Assembly: GCA_964419075.1 (NCBI GenBank)
Contig: CAYQOH010000001.1
Span: forward strand, 22 to 64,021
Reading direction: 5' to 3'
Source: an uncultured Opitutaceae bacterium
Lineage (GTDB): Bacteria; Verrucomicrobiota; Verrucomicrobiia; Opitutales; Opitutaceae
DNA length: 64,000 nucleotides
The position numbers were made by a program, and so were the translations under genes. Shown in pieces: positions 58,748 through 64,000 of the stretch (position 1 is the stretch's first letter; each line of letters starts with the position of its first letter). The notes under the pieces are model-generated. The model worked only from the letters and a program-made list of their open reading frames with translations. It did no database searches and was not told the DNA's origin.

Positions 58748-60325
58748 ATGGCGAACCTACTACCGGATCCGGGGCTCGCGCCTGTCACTTCGGCGAAGCA
58801 ACCGCATGCGGTCATCTCACTTTGCCGACTGTTGGCTGCGGCGGCCTTGCTCCTGCTGCTGCCGAGGGCCGCGCGGGCCGAGCCCATCCGCCCCTATCCG
58901 GCGAATCCCCACTACTTCATGCGTGACGGTAAGCCTATAGTATTGGCGACCTCCGATCACCACTACGGCGCGGTCATCGACGCGAACTTCGATTTTGCGC
59001 GCTTCCTCGATTACCTCGCGGCGAGCGGCATGAACCTTACCCGCATCTATCCGGGCGGCATGTTCGAGCCCCCTGACAAGTACGTCGCGGGCAATCCGCT
59101 GGGGCCGCGACCCGGCCACCAGATCCTGCCGTGGATGCGCTCGGGCGAGGCGGGGGCAAATGCCTCGCTTGCGGAGCCGGGCAAGGCGTCGCTCAAGTTC
59201 GATCTGGATCGGTGGAATCCCGACTATTTCGCGCGCCTGAGGGCCTTCGTCGATCTCGCTCGAAAGAAGGGCATCGTGGTCGAGGTCGCTTTCTTCAACG
59301 GCATGTATGCAGATTGCTGGCCGCTGATGGCGCTCTATCACGCCAACAACATCCAGGGTGTCGGGCGCTATGAAGCCGCGGAATGCGGGCTCTTCACGAC
59401 GTGCAACCCCCGCAACGAGGATGTTCTCCGCTACCAGCGCGCCTACGTCGCCAAGATAACCGCTGAACTGAACGAGTACGACAACGTGATCTTCGATATC
59501 TGCGACGAGCCCCTTCTGCAGGGGCTTCCCGGCGGCAAGGTTGTCTTCATGCCGGAAAGCGACGTGATTCCTTGGCTTCACGAGCTAAAGAACGCGTTCT
59601 TCGAGGCGCAGTCCAAGCTCCCCAAGGTGCACGTGCTCGGGCAGACGGTACAAAGCGCCTCCCCGGATCTCTCCGCTGAATCCTGGTGCGACTGGCTCCC
59701 CACCGAGTATGTTCGCGCCGCCGCGGAGGCCCTCAAGAAGAACTACGCCGCCTGCAAGCCGATCGTCGATGTGGAGTCGGACTACTTCGGAGGCGCCCTC
59801 GTAAGGCCATACACTACGGAGGACGTGCGGATTGAGGGTTGGTGGTTCCTGCTAAACGGGGGTGCCGGAAACACCAACCTCAACGGGGAGTACTTTGCCG
59901 GGCGGGAAACTGGAGGCGCTGACACACATGGGAAGGTCGTACCGCAGAGGAGAATCCTGAAGGACTTTGTCGAGGGCCTTGACCTCAGGTCGATTGTGCG
60001 GTTCGAGGGCCTGGGCGGAGTCCCCGCCGGTACCCGTTCGGGAGCCCTTGCAATCCCGGGCGTGGAATATGCGGTATACGTCGCGCATGCCAAGGACGAT
60101 GGAGAATGGGGCGCACACTTCGTCGGCGTCCCCGGCGCCTACCGCGACACGTTTACACTGAAGGCTGTGCCCGAGGGTGCCTATCGGCTGGATTGGATTG
60201 AGCCGGAGACAGGCCTGGTCAGGGCGTCCGGGCGAATCGACTGGCGCGGAGGCGATCTTACCGTGACAACCCCTGCGTACGCGCTTGACGTGGCGCTCCA
60301 CATGCGCGCTGCGGCCGTCCACTGA
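58748..60325 (+). CDS. putative glycoside hydrolase, GH5-like TIM barrel, secreted
   Basis: Signal peptide. NPHYFMRDGKPIVL at the N terminus and NVIFDICDEP (NEP-like acid/base block) suggest a clan GH-A barrel. The family assignment is uncertain. Confidence 0.5.
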   Translation: MANLLPDPGLAPVTSAKQPHAVISLCRLLAAAALLLLLPRAARAEPIRPYPANPHYFMRDGKPIVLATSDHHYGAVIDANFDFARFLDYLAASGMNLTRIYPGGMFEPPDKYVAGNPLGPRPGHQILPWMRSGEAGANASLAEPGKASLKFDLDRWNPDYFARLRAFVDLARKKGIVVEVAFFNGMYADCWPLMALYHANNIQGVGRYEAAECGLFTTCNPRNEDVLRYQRAYVAKITAELNEYDNVIFDICDEPLLQGLPGGKVVFMPESDVIPWLHELKNAFFEAQSKLPKVHVLGQTVQSASPDLSAESWCDWLPTEYVRAAAEALKKNYAACKPIVDVESDYFGGALVRPYTTEDVRIEGWWFLLNGGAGNTNLNGEYFAGRETGGADTHGKVVPQRRILKDFVEGLDLRSIVRFEGLGGVPAGTRSGALAIPGVEYAVYVAHAKDDGEWGAHFVGVPGAYRDTFTLKAVPEGAYRLDWIEPETGLVRASGRIDWRGGDLTVTTPAYALDVALHMRAAAVH

Positions 60326-60675
60326 CCTTCCGCGCGACCCTACCAGTCTGACAGTGTGGCGCAGGATTGTGTCGTTGGCCCGAAGAATTCGAAGTCCAAC
60401 CACGAACTCTCCAGACAAATTGACTTTGGGATTCGGCCGGGAGCCGCCAAGTGCTCGAAGCCCAAAGGAGGGTGGGCGACAAGGTGGCGATTTGGCGCGA
60501 TTTTCGATGCCCTGCCCCCGAGGCAACGGCTCAAGAAGGTATAGGGTCATTTCTCGATCGGGCAGGGGATTGCCACTATCATTGCGTGCAGCCTCGACCA
60601 AGATAGGGGATGCCGGAGAAGGGACCTTATTTCTGGACGCTTGACGGAAATCGCTCGAGGTCCGGTAAGGGGTAT

Positions 60676-60714
60676 CCAAAAGCAAAATCCCCCGTAACCT
60701 TGCGGCTACGAGGG
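60676..60714 (-). terminator. rho-independent terminator immediately 3' of tRNA fragment B
   Basis: On the minus strand the sequence reads CCCTCGTAGCC-GCAA-GGTTACGGGGG (9 of 11 positions pair), followed by ATTTTGCTTTTGG. Confidence 0.6.
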
Positions 60715-60717
60715 ATT

Positions 60718-60769
60718 AGATTGGGTGCAGTGGCTGGATTTGAACCAGCGACCTTCAGGTTATGAGCCT
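60718..60769 (-). repeat. copy B of tRNA-Met(CAU) 3' half (att-like direct repeat)
   Basis: In tRNA sense it reads AGGCTCATAACCTGAAGGTCGCTGGTTCAAATCCAGCCACTGCACCCAATCT. This gives the anticodon loop CTCATAA, a 5-nt variable loop, the T arm GCTGG-TTCAAAT-CCAGC, the acceptor 3' strand and CCA. The matching acceptor 5' strand TGCAGTG and the D arm are absent upstream. Confidence 0.75.
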
Positions 60770-60843
60770 GGCTGGCTTTCTCCGAATTCGACGGCGAACA
60801 CGGTCAGCTTGACGCCGTAGCAAAATGCTACAAATTGATTCGC

Positions 60844-61230
60844 ATGAGCACTATTCCACTTCGCATAGACACGGATTTGGTCAACGTCGCCCGAGAATCG
60901 GCCGCTGTGATGGATCGGACGCCGACGGCCCAAATTGAGTTCTGGGCTAAACTTGGGCGAGTCATGGAGCAAGTCCTCACCCACGATGCCCTGGTGACGG
61001 TAAAAGAGGCTTCTCGGGTCAAACGCCTGGACGAGCTATTGGCAATGGTTGCGACGCCCAAGGGTAAGCAGAGGGCGCTGGCTGTGATTCGCCGTCACAA
61101 GGGACCGACTTACAGTGCGGACCCGACGAAACCAGGAGTGATCATTGAAACGCGGCCTGACGGCTCCAAGCGCCGCGGCAAATTCTCAAACCGCCATTTC
61201 ATGCCCTTGGTGGCAGTGAACTCGGAATGA
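60844..61230 (+). CDS. ParD-like type II antitoxin
   Basis: The N terminus MSTIPLRIDTDLVNVARESAAVMDRTPTAQIEFWAKLGRV matches the ParD-like (PF11903-type) pattern as I recall it. The stop overlaps the next ATG (ATGA at 61227-61230). Confidence 0.55.
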   Translation: MSTIPLRIDTDLVNVARESAAVMDRTPTAQIEFWAKLGRVMEQVLTHDALVTVKEASRVKRLDELLAMVATPKGKQRALAVIRRHKGPTYSADPTKPGVIIETRPDGSKRRGKFSNRHFMPLVAVNSE

Positions 61231-61787
61231 GCGCGCCTCACCTTGTTGTCTTGGCGGGACCCAATGGCGCAGGAAAGTCGACATTCTTCCGCGCTTTCCT
61301 TCGTGGGTCGGGCCTCAAATTCCTTAACGCCGACGACATTGCGGCCAAGCTCAGTCTCTCTGTTTCCGATGCCGCCCGCGCTGCTGACGCACTCCGGACT
61401 AAATTACTCGAGACCCGCGAGTCGTTTATAACAATGACCGTTTTTTCTGACCCGGTTGGGGCCAAGCTCCAGTTCATGAGGGAGGCCCTGGCGAAAGGTT
61501 TTTCTGTCACATTGATCTATATTGGATTGGCCGGACCGGACTTGTCTGAGGCGCGGGTCATACAGAGGGTAGGAGAAGGGGGACATGACGTTCCCTCGGA
61601 CCGGCTGTCTCGCCGCTACAAGCAGTCGCTCTTGAATCTTGTGGCTGCAATGGAGTTCGTTCCCACAGTGCGGGTTTATGATAATTCTTCGGATGAGGAT
61701 CCGTTCCGACTTGTGCTATCGGTGGACAGTGGCCGCAGGAGCGGATCGGACCGTCTTCCCGAATGGCTGGCCAATGCCCTGTCTTGA
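61227..61787 (+). CDS. zeta-toxin-like P-loop kinase / COG4185 ATPase
   Basis: Walker A LAGPNGAGKST, a NADDIA block, about 186 aa, and coupled to an upstream small antitoxin-like gene. Confidence 0.65.
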   Translation: MSAPHLVVLAGPNGAGKSTFFRAFLRGSGLKFLNADDIAAKLSLSVSDAARAADALRTKLLETRESFITMTVFSDPVGAKLQFMREALAKGFSVTLIYIGLAGPDLSEARVIQRVGEGGHDVPSDRLSRRYKQSLLNLVAAMEFVPTVRVYDNSSDEDPFRLVLSVDSGRRSGSDRLPEWLANALS

Positions 61788-61878
61788 GAATTCGCCGCCG
61801 AATATGTGCCAAACGCGTGCCCAAAATGCCTCATTTCATTGCACTCGGCTGCACTCTGCCGTCATTTCAGAAGACACG

Positions 61879-61914
61879 AAGGCCCGCTCGGAAGTGATTA
61901 TCCTAGCGGGCCTT
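61879..61914. terminator. perfect 10-bp hairpin between the zeta-like gene and repeat C
   Basis: AAGGCCCGCT-(16 nt loop)-AGCGGGCCTT. It lies directly 3' of tRNA fragment C in tRNA sense and about 90 nt 3' of the plus-strand zeta-like gene. Confidence 0.45.
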
Positions 61915-61924
61915 AGGGTATCTA

Positions 61925-61976
61925 AGATTGGGTGCAGGGGCTGGATTTGAACCAGCGACCTTCAGGTTATGAGCCT
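61925..61976 (-). repeat. copy C of tRNA-Met(CAU) 3' half (att-like direct repeat)
   Basis: It is identical to copy B at 51 of 52 positions (G versus T at 61938/60731, in the acceptor stem). The upstream sequence GTTTATAGGGAGCTATT cannot form a D arm or an acceptor 5' strand. Confidence 0.75.
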
Positions 61977-62017
61977 AATAGCTCCCTATAAACATCTTAA
62001 GTTCTCTCTGGTGTGAC

Positions 62018-62075
62018 GGACAGGGACCGACTGGGGCGGACAGGGACGGGGACAAAATGGACAGCGTTTGGACAG
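62018..62075. repeat. cluster of five GGACA(G/A) direct repeats next to repeat C
   Basis: GGACAGGGAC at 62018 and 62038, GGACAA at 62050, GGACAG at 62059 and 62070. Confidence 0.5.
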
Positions 62076-62222
62076 TATAACTTGGTCCGGATTTGCTTCA
62101 ACGGTCCTTCGAAATTGAGATGCTTTGCGCACCTCTCTCTATTGGGATAATGACAGAGGCCGTTAGCGTCGCTTTCGTCGTTCGTCTCTCCGGCTATCAA
62201 GCGCGATTGACGCCGTATCCAG

Positions 62223-63659
62223 GTGCAGAAACGCTCCGCTCATTGCCCGATGGATGGCCTCCCTGAGAGTAGCGAGATTCGTGCTGACCAGCTCACCACC
62301 TTTGGTGCAAAGCGACTGGCCAAGTTCATCCTCAAACTCGGAAGCGAGGTAGAGGGCCTGGACGAGAGGATCGAGGCGTTTCTGGTTTCCGACAAGAGCG
62401 AGGATGCGGCCCAGTTGGCGAAGCAACTCATGGCCTCGTTGCGGCGCTCGCGCCAGTTTTATGGTTATGCCCGTGCCTCTGAGCTTGCCGGTCGTTTGGC
62501 GCAGATTCTCGACGTCATCGACACCGCCGTCCTGACCGTTAGCCCGGCTGCGGCCCTGAAATTGATCGTTCGGTTTATGGAAGGGGAGGATCACGCGTTC
62601 GAGAGCGCCGATGATTCCGACGGAGTCATCGGTGACGTTTTCCGACGCGCCTGTGGATTGTTTGTTGAAGCGGCAAAGAGCCTTCCCTCGGCAGATACGT
62701 TACCGGTCCTGAAACAGCTTCTGGCTGAGGATCACTACGGAGTCCGCTATCATTTGCTTAAGGGGGTAGGGCAGTTTCTCGACAATGCGCACTTGGAGGC
62801 ATTTATCGGCGAAACCCAGGCCCTGTTGACGGCTGGCGGCGAGCCTGCTCGTGGGGCCCGTCTGCGTCTCTTGGCTATTGCGGAATCGATCCGGGATCCG
62901 GTGCTCTACGAACAGGCTACCTATGCCGGCTGCGAGCGGGGGATGCCGCCCAACATTGCAGTCGATGTGGGCCGCCACTACCTGGAAGCCGGGCGTCCTC
63001 GTGAAGCACTTGAAAGGCTTCCGGCCAACGCCGATGGCCTTCGCGCCTTCACGCACGACTATTTCGACATGCGGGTAAGAATTTTGGCGGAGCTCGGCGA
63101 TTCCGATGCGCTGCGTGCGGCACTTTGGGCGAGGTTTTTGTGCGCACCAGAGCGCGACACGTTTGAGGAAATGCTCGCGGCTGAACCTCTTGAAAACCGC
63201 GAGCCGCGCCGAATTTCGGCATTGGAGGAGGTCCGGGTCCGACTTCCGGTCCAAGAGCAGTCCGAATTCTTTGCCGAGATCGGAGATCTCGAGACATGCG
63301 CCTCAATCATCTTGAGCGCGCCGGAGAAACTGAATGGCGACCTCTATTTCTTCCTTGTGCCGATGGCCGAAAGGTTAGAGGCGGCGCATCCGTTGGCTGC
63401 CTATTTGGTGTACCGCGCTCTGCTTGAATCAATTCTTCGGCGTGCCGTTCCCAAGACCTATCACCACGCTGCCCGCTACTGGGAGATTCTCCGTTCGCTC
63501 GGGTCTCGCATAGAGGATTGGAAGGGACTTGAACCCCTTCAGACATTTCGGGGGCGAATCGGCCGTGAACATGCCAGAAAGAAGGCTTTTTGGGCGAAGG
63601 TAGAAATGGCTTCCTCTGAAAGCCGAAGTTCGCCCTTGAGCCCGAGCATAGGCGCTTGA
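62223..63659 (+). CDS. DUF6880-like all-helical protein
   Basis: 478 aa (GTG 62223, alternative ATG 62250). The blocks FGAKRLAKFILKL, LRRSRQFYGY and DDSDGVIGDVFRRACGLF resemble DUF6880 family proteins as I remember them. Confidence 0.5.
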   Translation: MQKRSAHCPMDGLPESSEIRADQLTTFGAKRLAKFILKLGSEVEGLDERIEAFLVSDKSEDAAQLAKQLMASLRRSRQFYGYARASELAGRLAQILDVIDTAVLTVSPAAALKLIVRFMEGEDHAFESADDSDGVIGDVFRRACGLFVEAAKSLPSADTLPVLKQLLAEDHYGVRYHLLKGVGQFLDNAHLEAFIGETQALLTAGGEPARGARLRLLAIAESIRDPVLYEQATYAGCERGMPPNIAVDVGRHYLEAGRPREALERLPANADGLRAFTHDYFDMRVRILAELGDSDALRAALWARFLCAPERDTFEEMLAAEPLENREPRRISALEEVRVRLPVQEQSEFFAEIGDLETCASIILSAPEKLNGDLYFFLVPMAERLEAAHPLAAYLVYRALLESILRRAVPKTYHHAARYWEILRSLGSRIEDWKGLEPLQTFRGRIGREHARKKAFWAKVEMASSESRSSPLSPSIGA

Positions 63660-63692
63660 CGCTTCGATCGGCCACCATCCCCATTCTGGACT

Positions 63693-64000
63693 ATGCCCCG
63701 TATCTTTGTCATTGGTGGACCTAACGGCGCCGGGAAAACCACGATTGCGGGCGGATTGTTGCCTGAAATTCTGGAGTGCGATGAGTACGTTAACGCCGAT
63801 GCGATTGCAAAGGCTCTTTCGCCTTTCGAGTCAGACAGGGCATCATTCAGGGCGGGTCGGGTGATGTTGGAGACGATCCACGACTTGGCAGACCGACAAA
63901 GAGATTTTGCCTTCGAAACCACGATGGCCTCTCGGAGCTTCGTTCCGTTTCTAGCCAGCTGCCGAGACCGTGGTTACGAGATCAACCTGCTGTTCCTCTG
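63693..64000 (+). CDS. zeta-toxin-like P-loop kinase / COG4185 ATPase (partial, runs off window)
   Basis: My own translation is MPRIFVIGGPNGAGKTTIAGGLLPEILECDEYVNADAIAKAL...FAFETTMASRSF...GYEINLLFL. It has a Walker A motif and the same block order as the 61227-61787 product. It is absent from the ORF track because no stop lies in the window. Confidence 0.65.
   Translation, partial: MPRIFVIGGPNGAGKTTIAGGLLPEILECDEYVNADAIAKALSPFESDRASFRAGRVMLETIHDLADRQRDFAFETTMASRSFVPFLASCRDRGYEINLLFL

Larger units (their letters stand above)
60718..61976. mobile_element. 1.26-kb islet bounded by direct repeats B and C, cargo is a toxin-antitoxin pair only
   Basis: The 52-nt direct repeats (51/52 identical) flank only the ParD-like and zeta-like genes. 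No recombinase lies inside. Confidence 0.4.

Noticed and set aside
34800-60700. Claiming the whole 34.8-60.7 kb block is a recently acquired island on composition alone
   Set aside because: Hand GC counts inside the block range from about 50% to 75% in different genes. Composition is mosaic rather than uniformly foreign, so the island idea rests on the tRNA fragments and not on GC.
60718-61976. Calling copies B and C intact tRNA-Met genes
   Set aside because: The expected acceptor 5' strands (TGCAGTG for B, TGCAGGG for C) and a D arm are absent from the 40 nt upstream in tRNA sense. Only the segment from the anticodon stem to CCA is present, so I list them as repeats rather than tRNA genes.
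63539-63922. 127-aa minus-strand ORF at the right edge
   Set aside because: It overlaps the plus-strand frame that encodes a clean Walker-A zeta-like N terminus. The minus-frame product has no motif.
1-64000. CRISPR arrays, rRNA genes, integrases, transposases, reverse transcriptases
   Set aside because: I saw no regularly spaced short repeats, no rRNA-like sequence and no ORF with tyrosine/serine recombinase, DDE or RT motifs, so none is reported.

Overview
High-GC bacterial chromosomal segment. Hand-counted 60-nt lines give about 67-72% GC on the left and a patchy 47-75% on the right. Gene content points to the PVC superphylum, most likely Verrucomicrobiota: PSCyt/DUF1549/DUF1553 plus DUF1501 genes, a PSCyt1-LRR protein, an ADOP duplicated permease, many secreted glycoside hydrolases and a TMTC-like TPR membrane protein. 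Positions 1-34.2 kb look like ordinary core genome. They hold a creatininase-like/RidA/MFS operon, a DUF2298 membrane protein, cbpA-like/ppk2/ackA/histidine phosphatase, gpt, a small signalling cluster (XRE-REC hybrid, a decayed PAS...REC hybrid-kinase remnant, a CheY-like protein), an alpha-glucan pair (GH97 and GH13), several exported glycosidase-like proteins and a 4-gene PVC operon of unknown function. At about 34.3 kb a roughly 1 kb non-coding gap carries a decayed copy of the 3' half of a tRNA-Met(CAU) gene. Two nearly identical 52-nt copies of the same tRNA 3' half lie at 60.7 and 61.9 kb. No copy has a tRNA 5' half, so these look like att scars of serial integrations into a tRNA gene expected beyond the right edge. 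Between copy A and copy B sits a 25 kb AraC-associated carbohydrate-active cluster with an unusual mix: two long CE4 paralogs, two C-N hydrolases, a tandem MBL protein, SGNH esterase, GH44, a beta-helix protein, an exported GH94-like barrel, a GH5-like protein and a GPH symporter. Copies B and C bracket only a ParD-like/zeta-like toxin-antitoxin pair. To the right of copy C are GGACAG iterons, a DUF6880-like helical protein and a second zeta-like P-loop gene cut by the window edge. I found no CRISPR array, rRNA, intact tRNA, integrase or transposase. All family assignments come from motif recognition by eye and need HMM or BLAST confirmation.
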